DNA of 64,000 bases from a virus. Positions 48,463-57,565 of the stretch are shown piece after piece. The stretch spans positions 1-64,000 of IMG/VR virus record IMGVR_UViG_3300033571_015173; one strand, written 5' to 3'. Under the pieces are notes generated by a model. That model ran no database searches. It was not told where the DNA came from and worked only from the letters and a program-made list of their open reading frames with translations. Position 1 is the stretch's first letter. The number at the start of each line of letters is the position of its first letter. A program made the translations under genes and the position numbers.

Positions 48463-48604
48463 GTCTATACGTGGTGGTTCTTGGGGTGATTATTCAGCGT
48501 TCTGTCGGTCGGCTGTTCGGAATGACTATCACTCCAACAATGACCATGATAACCGTGGCTTTCGGATTGTAGTTAGAGAGTACAAGAATGGAAGAGCAAA
48601 TTAA
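48449..48604 (+). CDS. VR-like module 15: MKELKSIRGGSWGDYSAFCRSAVRNDYHSNNDHDNRGFRIVVREYKNGRAN
   Basis: GAGG RBS, GTG start. Confidence 0.75.
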   Translation: MKELKSIRGGSWGDYSAFCRSAVRNDYHSNNDHDNRGFRIVVREYKNGRAN

Positions 48605-49325
48605 GTACAAGTCTCAGCGTGGTGGGTCGTACTATAACTTTCCCTGGCCCTATCGTTCGAGTTACCGCATTAGGAGTAACTCCAAAGATGCTGATTCTCT
48701 TCTCGGTTTTCGGATTGTAATCATTGTTCATTTATTCGTGAGAACAACTATGCCTGAGTTTCAAATTGAGATGGTGAATATTCCTGCTGGAGAATACGTG
48801 ATGGGTTCTCCAGACAATGAACCTGGTCGCTTCTCTGATGAAGAGCAACACCTGGTTAAGCTTGAGGGTTTCAGGATGAGTAAGAATCTAATTACTCAGA
48901 AAGAGTGGAGGTTTGTTGCCAGCTTGCCACAAATAGATATTCCACTGAAACCTAGCCCCTCCTATTTTACGGGGGACGATCTGCCGGTGGAATCTGTTAA
49001 TTGGTATGAAGCAATCGAGTTCTGCAAGCGTCTTTCAATTTACCTGAATGAGGAGGTAACTTTACCCTCTGAAGCTCAGTGGGAGTATGCTTGCAGAGCA
49101 GGAACCACTACTGCCTACTACACTGGAGAGACATTGGATCTGACGGAGGCGAACTTCTGGGCTGAAGGAAGTCCGAAGAAGACCACCCCGGTAGGAACTT
49201 ATCCTCCGAATGCCTGGGGACTGCATGACATGCACGGCAATCTGTGGGAATGGTGCCTAGATGATTGGCATGATACCTATGAAGGTGCTCCCACTGATGG
49301 CAGTGCCTGGATTGATCCAGAGTAG
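48588..49325 (+). CDS. FGE-sulfatase (SUMF1/CLec-fold) protein, circularly permuted: module 16 followed by core (core ATG 48750)
   Basis: IPAGEYVMGS, PVESVNWYEAIEFC, LPSEAQWEYACRAG, PNAWGLHDMHGNLWEWC; stops before RGGSW, which is instead N-terminal. Confidence 0.9.
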   Translation: MEEQIKYKSQRGGSYYNFPWPYRSSYRIRSNSKDADSLLGFRIVIIVHLFVRTTMPEFQIEMVNIPAGEYVMGSPDNEPGRFSDEEQHLVKLEGFRMSKNLITQKEWRFVASLPQIDIPLKPSPSYFTGDDLPVESVNWYEAIEFCKRLSIYLNEEVTLPSEAQWEYACRAGTTTAYYTGETLDLTEANFWAEGSPKKTTPVGTYPPNAWGLHDMHGNLWEWCLDDWHDTYEGAPTDGSAWIDPE

Positions 49326-49490
49326 TACATCGAATATCACATAGTCGGTTGGGCAGGGGGTTAAGACTCCACTAGTGGTCCCTTCCCTATTGGCAGCTAG
49401 TTTACTAGTTCTGGAATAAGTCCAATATGCTATCCGACGAATAACACAGTAGCCTACATGAATAGAAGCTACTGTGTTATTTCTAGTGTT

Positions 49491-49567
49491 AAAAAAGAAC
49501 CTCTCAAAGAAAGACCTCTCAAAGAAGACCCTCCTAAAGAAAGACCTCTCAAAGAAAGACCTCTCAA
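49491..49567 (+). repeat. Five 15-bp imperfect tandem repeats (AAAGAAAGACCTCTC)
   Basis: Direct reading; preceded by hairpin AATAACACAGTAGC/GCTACTGTGTTATT (49440-49481). Confidence 0.8.
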
Positions 49568-49570
49568 CCT

Positions 49571-49987
49571 ATGTCACATTTTGATGATTTACGATATTTC
49601 GCAAAGAGATTCAGTGACGAATGGACCAAAGAATTTGACAAAAAATTTGACAAGGAGGATGAACTCCAACCCCCTGTAAAGCCAATGTCGTATTACGATG
49701 AGCTACGAACTTATTTGAGCACACCTAATGAGGAGAACAAAATGGCTAGCGAGAAAAAAGATATTATCTTGGCGGAAAAGATCTATCGGGCGGATTACAG
49801 ACCTGATGATCCGTCTAAGTATTCCCGGTTTAATTTAAGTGATGTTCTGCTTTATCGAAGTATTTCAGAAAACCTTGAGAATGAAATCGAGTCTATCGTT
49901 AAGCCTGGAGTCAGTTTGGTTAAGGTCCAGTTCGCGATTACGATTCTTGAGCACATCCCACCAGAGCCAAAAGAAGAAAATTTCTGA
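49571..49987 (+). CDS. Hypothetical protein (possible internal start at 49742)
   Basis: ORF; GAGGAG before MASEKK. Confidence 0.5.
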   Translation: MSHFDDLRYFAKRFSDEWTKEFDKKFDKEDELQPPVKPMSYYDELRTYLSTPNEENKMASEKKDIILAEKIYRADYRPDDPSKYSRFNLSDVLLYRSISENLENEIESIVKPGVSLVKVQFAITILEHIPPEPKEENF

Positions 49988-50112
49988 ATAATCGCTCAAC
50001 ATAAGATAAGGTGAGGGGGTACATTGCTATCCCCCACTTTATTTTCGTTTGAAAGTGTATTGCGTTTTTTTTCGTGTCATGCTACAATTTTTGTAAATTT
50101 GGAGGTTTTATC

Positions 50113-50958
50113 ATGTCAATTCAGACTGAAAGTGCAACTTTGATGTTGCCGGGATGCTTCCAGCGTACCATTCCTTACCTGGAAACCCTGCCTGAAGTAG
50201 AGGAGACTTCGACCTATCATCCTTTGACCCATATCCAGTTGATCACGCTGATCGAATCAAAGATTCAAACCCTGGATGGTTATGAACTGGTTCCGTATAC
50301 CTGGAATGCTCCTATCGAGGAGTTAAAACCAGAGGACCAGGTGAATGAAGAAGGTGTAAATCGTTTTAAGACTATTACTCAGGACTTTGCAATCGGGACG
50401 AATCGAGCAGGGACTACATTATTTGGCATTGCTCAACTGCGGGCTACCAACGCTCAGAACCCTCACCAGCATTTGGCGGTAGGGTTTCGTAACTCGACCA
50501 ACAAGCAATTCGCGGTCGGGTTTACTTGCGGAGTCAAGACTTTAATTTGCAGCAATCTCTGCATGTCTGGTGACTTTGTTGGGTATGCCAAGCACGTCCA
50601 CAAGGTTGATTGGAATGACTTGATCGATCAAGCATTCGAGGCTGTTCCCCTTCGGTATGCAGATCTGACTGAAAAGATTGAGGGCTTGCGCGAGAAGAAG
50701 TTTACTGATTTTGACTCCGCAAAAGCCTTTACTCTGGATGGAGTACTCAACAAAGCTATTCCTCCCAATATGGTGCAGGATGTCTGGAAGTACTATATTG
50801 AGCCGACTCATGAAGAGTTTGCCTCTGATGGTTGGACTCAATACCGTCTCTTACAAGCACTGACGGAAGCCTACAAGAAGGAGAACTCAGTGTCTCAGTA
50901 CTTACAGCAAACCATTTCCATGAACCGAATGTTCGGGTTTATGCCCAAAGAAATGTGA
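50113..50958 (+). CDS. DUF932 family protein
   Basis: GGAGG RBS; GFRNS...LICSNL...H; WTQYRLLQALTE. Confidence 0.75.
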   Translation: MSIQTESATLMLPGCFQRTIPYLETLPEVEETSTYHPLTHIQLITLIESKIQTLDGYELVPYTWNAPIEELKPEDQVNEEGVNRFKTITQDFAIGTNRAGTTLFGIAQLRATNAQNPHQHLAVGFRNSTNKQFAVGFTCGVKTLICSNLCMSGDFVGYAKHVHKVDWNDLIDQAFEAVPLRYADLTEKIEGLREKKFTDFDSAKAFTLDGVLNKAIPPNMVQDVWKYYIEPTHEEFASDGWTQYRLLQALTEAYKKENSVSQYLQQTISMNRMFGFMPKEM

Positions 50959-51011
50959 TTAATAGATAGAGGCATTTCCAATCCTGGGGCCTCTATCTTC
51001 GATTTGTCAAA

Positions 51012-52109
51012 ATGCAAATACCTGAGGCTAGTATTATGGTTGCAAAGAAAGAGAACCCAGCTATCGAAGTGGAAGTGATGACCGAACGCAGTTATCAGTC
51101 TCCGGTTTCCGAGGAGGTCAAGCAGTTAATGATGCACCCCGCTATGACTAGTGCTACAACTACTGTTGCACTAGGGCAGATGATTGCTATCAACACCAAG
51201 CCCGCTCCCTATCATGGATATTTCCTGAAGGCGACAGATGCAGCACTTTCTGGCTGGGTATCTGAATATCAGCCGAACTACACACATCAATTCGCTGGAC
51301 GAGCGGGACAGCCTGGTAAGAAGGAACTGGGATACCTATTTCATGGGCTGGCAGATGATACTCTTGGGATTTCAGCCGACAAGTTCCCAGCTCCAATGAT
51401 CCAAGTGCTGGGCCATATTGGACCTTTCATTGAGATTCAAAGAGGCAATGCAAAAGAATGGGCTCCTCCCATCGGATTAGATGGCAAGCCCTTGACCGGA
51501 AAAGACGGGATCGAGATTCGTCCTGGTGACTGGGTTGGCGAATATCAGTTGGGAGGAAAGAATCCTCTCTATGACTATATCAAGAAGCAGGGTATGGCTT
51601 CCTTGCGATCTGTTTATTGGATCTTCCTGTGGGAGAGAGTCAATGGCAAACTGCAGCCAATGCACAGACTGCCCCTAACTCTTCCAATTCATGGATCTGC
51701 TGCTCGCTCGCTGGGTATGAGCTTAGTGCAATTTCGTAGCCAGTGTGCTACGTTATTTGCCACTCTAACTGAGCAGCCAGTGAAGACGAACTGGAGCGAC
51801 CAGTTCTATGCTAATTTCCTGTTCATTCCGGTACTTCACCCGGAAGATCAAGGTGAAGGCAAAACCAGTCTCTGTACCTGCATTCAAAGCTTCAGTATTA
51901 TCCCGATGCTAAACGAAGAGCAGATTTCGGCTACTCAATTCTTTTATGCACAAGGACAGCTAGATTCCCTTATGGGATCCTTTGCGGAAAAGTCGGACTT
52001 TCACCGCATCATTGCACTACCCCCTGCCTCAATTGAGGCGACAATTGAAGGGGACATGGGCGATGAATTTCCTACAGCTCCCTTGATGCTAGAGGGTACG
52101 GTAGAATAA
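51012..52109 (+). CDS. Hypothetical protein, DUF5895-like (possible annealing/ssDNA-binding role)
   Basis: HRLPLTLPIHGSAA motif, acidic tail, position between DUF932 and nuclease genes; tentative. Confidence 0.4.
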   Translation: MQIPEASIMVAKKENPAIEVEVMTERSYQSPVSEEVKQLMMHPAMTSATTTVALGQMIAINTKPAPYHGYFLKATDAALSGWVSEYQPNYTHQFAGRAGQPGKKELGYLFHGLADDTLGISADKFPAPMIQVLGHIGPFIEIQRGNAKEWAPPIGLDGKPLTGKDGIEIRPGDWVGEYQLGGKNPLYDYIKKQGMASLRSVYWIFLWERVNGKLQPMHRLPLTLPIHGSAARSLGMSLVQFRSQCATLFATLTEQPVKTNWSDQFYANFLFIPVLHPEDQGEGKTSLCTCIQSFSIIPMLNEEQISATQFFYAQGQLDSLMGSFAEKSDFHRIIALPPASIEATIEGDMGDEFPTAPLMLEGTVE

Positions 52110-52488
52110 AGCGGTACATGTGATTCTCCTTGAGGATGGGTGACTAAATCGCAAGAAATAGTCACCCTTTTTTGTCTATCAATCATCATGAAATCATTAG
52201 AAGAAATCGCAATAATTACAATCGATCGATGTTGGTTAATCATCGAAGAGTATTCACAAGAGCTAGATTTATTGCCTCCCGAAGATTCCACTTTTATTTG
52301 GGGGACTGCGGAATTATTTGGAGGGTATCTCTCAAATATGATCCAAGGAAGATGCTCATTAGCTGAGTCAATCGAATTTGATCTGAATGATTGTGTGATG
52401 ACTCGGCTCAGAGATGTCAAGACCATCTGGAAAAAATGTAGGGCTCTAAGAAGTGGATAAATGCTAGAATATCAACAGTTTACTACTG

Positions 52489-53520
52489 TTGATCATGCCT
52501 AGCAAATTACCAAAACCTAGAATTGGACGAATCTATGATACCCCTTGGGGACCAAGAGCTTCTGTCACCTCAATCATTGAAGCGACAGCCCCAGTTAGTG
52601 AGAGGGCGGCCCTGGAGAAGTGGGCGGAAAAGCAGAAGAAAAGAGGAAAGCCTACTTCTGCAAAGGACGCTCAAGAGAGAGGGACTGCAGTTCACGCTTT
52701 AAGAGTTTTATATCTTGAGGCGAAAGAGAGAGGGGACTCAACTGACATCATGGATCTAATTGCGTTGCTAAAAATAGCAGATAAAGGCGCAGATTTTATC
52801 CAAGAAGTCTATGATCTTTTTGTTCAGCTGGTTCCGTATTATGACAACTACGGAGATATTTTCTGGTTAGAAAAGCCAACAGCCCATCTACTTAGGATAG
52901 AGCCTGGAGCAAAGAAATATCTCAGCAAAGATGAGAATGGAGAAGAGAGAGGCTTCCTTTCGCATCCTGATTTTGCTTACGCTGGATGCCCCGATGATAT
53001 TGTCGTGCTCAACTATAAAGGAGAGCCAACAATTACCTTGAATGATCTTAAGACTTCTAAGCGTGCCTATAGAAGAGATAGACCACAACGACCAATGAAT
53101 GGGGTCTATGCAGATGCAAAGAAAGAACTGACTTTAATTACGAATGCTTTGCAAGAGGCAAAGGAAAAAGAAGGGATTGGGTTTTTCACAGAAGAAGAAT
53201 TAGAAGCGGCTACTGCATTACATGCCGGAAAAGCGATGAAAGAAGTGAAGGCTTATAGAGAAGCTTCTGCAGGTCATCACTCTTTCAAGAAGTGCTGTAT
53301 GCAGATTGCTGCTTATCGTCCACTAGCAGAAGCTTGCCTGGGAATCAAAATTCCTAAGCTAGCTATCACTGTCACCAGTCCAGGAAGAAAACAGTTTTTC
53401 CAGCTTTCTCCCAGAGAGATGGTAACTGCTGAAGTCGAGTGGAATAAAAGATTAGAACAATTTGTGGGAGAATACAGTGACGGATTACAGAACTTCGCTA
53501 GAACTACAACAACTTCTTAA
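52489..53520 (+). CDS. PD-(D/E)XK (Cas4/RecB-like) exonuclease
   Basis: SVTSII, RGTAVH, YAGCPD, DLKTS, QIAAY. Confidence 0.8.
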   Translation: MIMPSKLPKPRIGRIYDTPWGPRASVTSIIEATAPVSERAALEKWAEKQKKRGKPTSAKDAQERGTAVHALRVLYLEAKERGDSTDIMDLIALLKIADKGADFIQEVYDLFVQLVPYYDNYGDIFWLEKPTAHLLRIEPGAKKYLSKDENGEERGFLSHPDFAYAGCPDDIVVLNYKGEPTITLNDLKTSKRAYRRDRPQRPMNGVYADAKKELTLITNALQEAKEKEGIGFFTEEELEAATALHAGKAMKEVKAYREASAGHHSFKKCCMQIAAYRPLAEACLGIKIPKLAITVTSPGRKQFFQLSPREMVTAEVEWNKRLEQFVGEYSDGLQNFARTTTTS

Positions 53521-53887
53521 GACATTATCTCCATCTGATATGAAGTTGTATCAGCATTTGCTAGAGCTTTATAGCCCGAGTGAGCTTATAAAAGCTCATA
53601 AGATAAAGAAGAAGCTGTCAGACATCGACGGGATTGACAAGGTTTCAGCTCAGTATCGATACTGGCGAGCTTTAGAGATGAATCCAAAAGAGACAATGGA
53701 GATCGATGGTAAAGAGATTCCAGTTTGGCAGGAGTCGGAAGGTTTTCTTCCTGGATGGAGTCTCGACAAAGCTCGGGTAACAGCTCACATTCATCGGAAG
53801 ACGATAGAAGCAGCTTTGAAGATCCAAAAGCACCATGACCCTGACTTCCAGATGACCATCCTTCGGTATTTTCCAGATATTCCCTAG
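53462..53887 (+). CDS. Hypothetical protein
   Basis: ORF; likely GTG start near 53477. Confidence 0.55.
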   Translation: MWENTVTDYRTSLELQQLLKTLSPSDMKLYQHLLELYSPSELIKAHKIKKKLSDIDGIDKVSAQYRYWRALEMNPKETMEIDGKEIPVWQESEGFLPGWSLDKARVTAHIHRKTIEAALKIQKHHDPDFQMTILRYFPDIP

Positions 53888-54090
53888 TCAGAAAATTCTT
53901 GTTTTTCTGACGGTGTAAGAGTATCATGGGAGAACAAAAACAAAGAAGCCAGTGGGGACTGGCTTCTAGCGGGGTACAGGTGTGCGCGATTCGGATTTTT
54001 CTGCTCGGACAAATCCTGAGTGCCTGATTGATCAGGGACTACAATCTAGCATACACTACCTCTCCAAAACTTGCAAATCTGGAGAAGGAC

Positions 54091-57000
54091 ATGGTAGTAG
54101 AGGTTTATGCGCCAGTTGCTATTAGAGGCTTTGCGTTTGAAGTCAACAGATATGTCAGGAACAAGCAAGTTCTAGTCGATTCAGAATTCCCTCATGTGAT
54201 TCTGAATTCCAGCTACACTCGGATTGAAGGGACAATTCATGATGTAGCGAGGGAGATCCAGCAAGGACATGCAATCTGTGGATCTCTTTTGAAGCAAGGG
54301 GGCAGAGCAAAGAAGACTGATTACTTCGATGGGATTAACTGGCTAGTTATTGATATAGATAACAAGACCCCCGGAAGAAAGAAAGGCGAGAAAACAGAGA
54401 TCTATGATCGTAATCACTCAAGACATGTTTCCATTGCGGGTGTTCTTCAAAACCCATTCGTCAGATCTTATGCCTCTCTGATCTACACTACCCCTTCTCA
54501 TGATCCACAGGAAACGGGAAGAGATTGCTTCCGTATTATTTTTTGCCTTTCAAGGCTGATTGAAGATCAGAAATTAGCGTCAAAGTTAATTGTCAATCTT
54601 CAAAACTTTTTGATTAATGAGGGATTCGATCTGGATGTGGTTTGTAAGGATCCATCCAGACTTTTTTATGGGAATGATCAAGCCATCATCCCATTAATCC
54701 AGGATGTGGGATTGCCAGAATTCTTCATCGATGCTGCAATTAAACAGCTTGAAGAAGAAGCTAAGATCGACTATGAGGCCAGAAGTCGCAAGCCCATATT
54801 CCATGAAAGATCTACAGATGGAATAGCATTTGAGCACCTCCCAGAGATTGAGCTGGTTCAGTATATTGAGCAAGCTCTGAATTGGGTTAATGCTGATTCA
54901 TACGATACCTGGTTTCGTATTGGTGCAGCACTAAAGTCTGCGGAACAGAAACTAGGATCATTGGCTTTCCAGTTGTGGGATGATTGGTCGAAAAGCTGTC
55001 CATCGAAGTATGATGCTGCAGCAACTCGAAGAAAGTGGGATCAATTAAATAGCTCGGGAATCACCTTAGGTACTCTCTTTTTCTTTGCAACTAATGCAGG
55101 GATGGAGAAGACAGGACTTAAACAGTTCCTGCGCAATCAACGATTCCAAAGTAATCAGATTGCTAGACCGCAAAGAAATAGAGCTCACTTCCAAAGTCTG
55201 ATTACAAAGATTCCCGAAGTGATTTCTTTTTTGCAGGATGACACTTTAGGTGTTGCATACGAAAAGCTAACTGATGCTAATGATGATTTCTTCATTTTTC
55301 CCTCCAGTACAAGATCAGCCTTTGGAGTTTATTATCCCCACCCCACCGGCGACACCCCTCTTAAGCGGGTCAAGCTAGTTAAAGCTGACCCCAGCTCCAG
55401 ATGGAAGAGTGTAGATTCCACTACTTCCTTGGTTCCATATTATCTTTCTGAGGCTCTTGCTGCGATAGAAAGCGCAAGGAATAATGGATCGAATGTTAAT
55501 TCGATTCTGGTAGTAGAAGAACCGGAAGTGGCAGCATTACTAATTAAGTATTGTCACACTCCGGTTATTTCTTTGAGTGAGCCCGGTCGTGTGGATTGGA
55601 TCAGGCTTGCAGTTATGTTGAAAGAAAAGAATCTGTTCCCTGTGTTTATTCCAGGTGATTTTAAGTCTCGCGATACCGTGAGGCTTGATGAGAGACTGGA
55701 AAAAATCCGTTCTGAATTTCACGGGCAAGAATGGCCATTTCTTTATTTGCCATTCAAATCAAGTAACTTCAAAGCAATGAAAGATGATGAACTATCAGAA
55801 GACTCAGAAAGTGTTGAATTGCCTTTTGGGGATGATCCCGTGGCAGATGCCTGGGGTCATATCGGCGGAGCTGCTGCAACTGCCAGTCAAGAGTACATTC
55901 AATCGTTAGAAAGTTCACTCACTGCCTCTATTAGTACCCCAAGAGGGGGACATCCCGAGCTACCCAAGAAGACTGTTGCCTATGCCGCAGATATTAAGGA
56001 GCTCTGTGAATCTTATCTAAGATGGGATTCCGCAACTAGGCAGTGGATGGGCTATGACTGGAAGAAGCCTAATCAATGGGCTCCTGTTAGCTCCGAAACA
56101 GTGATGCGGGAAGTTATTTCTTCTCATCTTGAAAATCTAGGAATCGAACTTAGTTTGAATTCAATGGAGCAGATTGCTTCTATCCTCAAATACAAGCTAG
56201 AAGATCGGAACTGGAATACCTTTGGAGTATATATTCCTTTTGCAAATGGGGTATATGACAAGGATGCAAACACTTTTCTGAGCCACTCCCCAAGACATAA
56301 GCTAGTGTGGCAGATGCCACATGAATTTACCCCTTCTGACAAAACAAGAGAAGAGCTAATTCAAGACTGTCGCATCATTTGGGATTGGCTGGTTGAAAGT
56401 GTTCAGAATGTGGAAGTAGCCGTTCTTATGCTGGCTTATCTGGCAGCTATTATTCGCAACTATACTGAACTTCAAAAGTTCATGATGTGTGTTGGCAGGC
56501 CAGGGTCAGGGAAAGGAACCTTTCTTAGATTAGCAGCGGCTCTAGTTGGGAAGGGCAACTCTTGCTCAACCACACTATCGGATTTATCGAGCAATCGATT
56601 TACGATGGCGAAGTTGATCAAGGTTCCTCTCATTCTGATTGGAGAAGCTCAAAACTGGATTCACGATGTAACGGTACTCAAAGCCTTAACAGGCCAAGAT
56701 GTGAATTCAGTTGAGGTTAAAGGAGTTCAGCAAACCCCTGAGGATGATCAAGCGGCTAGCGGTCTAATCCTAATGGCTGGAGAAAGGATTCCAGCTACAA
56801 AGGATACAGGTGGTCTGCAGAGAAGGCAGATTGTAGTTAACTTCAAGCACAATCCCAACATCGGGCCAGTCAGAGACTTAATAACTATAGGTCCGAATGG
56901 AGGGATTACTGGGGAGTTTGCTCCATTTATTCCTGCTTTTTTTAATTTGATCCTGTCATTTACTAAGGAGGAGATTTTCTATTTGATTAAGAATGCCTCT

Positions 57001-57504
57001 AAAATCCTTCCTGAAGTTGGTCAGGCTGGCAAGGACGCTATCTTATCTGGTAGTTCTCTTATGCAGTGGATTGAAGCCTGTGTCTACTATGTTGAAGACG
57101 GAGATCAATTTGAAGTTCCTGAAACACAAGTAGGAAACCTGAGGAAGAATCAGGGAGAGTTTGTCAATCCTAGATCTTGGCTATATGCCAATTACAGAGC
57201 ATATTGCGATAGATCTGCGATCACTGCCCCACTTGGGTTGGCTCACTTCGCTAATGAAGTAGATCATGTCTTTAATAGTCAACTAGGACTGAAGGTAGAG
57301 TTTCTAGATCGGCCTAAGAGAGTTAAGGGGATAGGGCTAAGAGCCTTTGATGAAGACTGGGAGCAGGAACTGGAGACAACAAGCTATCCTAGAGTGGTTA
57401 CTGAAATCTATACTAATACTCTAGAAGAACGTGATGGGGTTGAAAGTTCTTGCAATCCATTCCCGGACTTTGCAATTCTCTATCCCAACGGACTGCCTTA
57501 TTAG
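54091..57504 (+). CDS. Primase-helicase: AEP-like primase, PriCT-2, D5_N and SF3 helicase
   Basis: VIDID, YTTPSH, YDTWFRIGAALK...WDDWS, IPFANG, Walker A GRPGSGKGT, LKALTG; RBS supports ATG 54091. Confidence 0.88.
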   Translation: MVVEVYAPVAIRGFAFEVNRYVRNKQVLVDSEFPHVILNSSYTRIEGTIHDVAREIQQGHAICGSLLKQGGRAKKTDYFDGINWLVIDIDNKTPGRKKGEKTEIYDRNHSRHVSIAGVLQNPFVRSYASLIYTTPSHDPQETGRDCFRIIFCLSRLIEDQKLASKLIVNLQNFLINEGFDLDVVCKDPSRLFYGNDQAIIPLIQDVGLPEFFIDAAIKQLEEEAKIDYEARSRKPIFHERSTDGIAFEHLPEIELVQYIEQALNWVNADSYDTWFRIGAALKSAEQKLGSLAFQLWDDWSKSCPSKYDAAATRRKWDQLNSSGITLGTLFFFATNAGMEKTGLKQFLRNQRFQSNQIARPQRNRAHFQSLITKIPEVISFLQDDTLGVAYEKLTDANDDFFIFPSSTRSAFGVYYPHPTGDTPLKRVKLVKADPSSRWKSVDSTTSLVPYYLSEALAAIESARNNGSNVNSILVVEEPEVAALLIKYCHTPVISLSEPGRVDWIRLAVMLKEKNLFPVFIPGDFKSRDTVRLDERLEKIRSEFHGQEWPFLYLPFKSSNFKAMKDDELSEDSESVELPFGDDPVADAWGHIGGAAATASQEYIQSLESSLTASISTPRGGHPELPKKTVAYAADIKELCESYLRWDSATRQWMGYDWKKPNQWAPVSSETVMREVISSHLENLGIELSLNSMEQIASILKYKLEDRNWNTFGVYIPFANGVYDKDANTFLSHSPRHKLVWQMPHEFTPSDKTREELIQDCRIIWDWLVESVQNVEVAVLMLAYLAAIIRNYTELQKFMMCVGRPGSGKGTFLRLAAALVGKGNSCSTTLSDLSSNRFTMAKLIKVPLILIGEAQNWIHDVTVLKALTGQDVNSVEVKGVQQTPEDDQAASGLILMAGERIPATKDTGGLQRRQIVVNFKHNPNIGPVRDLITIGPNGGITGEFAPFIPAFFNLILSFTKEEIFYLIKNASKILPEVGQAGKDAILSGSSLMQWIEACVYYVEDGDQFEVPETQVGNLRKNQGEFVNPRSWLYANYRAYCDRSAITAPLGLAHFANEVDHVFNSQLGLKVEFLDRPKRVKGIGLRAFDEDWEQELETTSYPRVVTEIYTNTLEERDGVESSCNPFPDFAILYPNGLPY

Positions 57505-57565
57505 CTCACAAGAATCAACAAGACCCCCAGCACTCCTGGGGGTTCATAGTATTGAGGGTTTTAGT

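Noticed and set aside
46475-48750. Array as a CRISPR array
   Set aside because: Conserved blocks are short, degenerate and vary synonymously; units are about 140-nt open reading frames, not identical repeats with spacers.
46475-49325. Complete canonical DGR
   Set aside because: No reverse transcriptase, Avd or identifiable TR/VR pair differing only at adenines in this window.
49458-49679. ORF with KERPL repeats
   Set aside because: Probably a by-product of the 15-bp DNA repeats; starts inside a hairpin and overlaps a better ORF.
52489-53520. Cas4 as part of a CRISPR adaptation module
   Set aside because: No cas1/cas2 or array, no four-Cys cluster pattern; context is phage recombination/replication.
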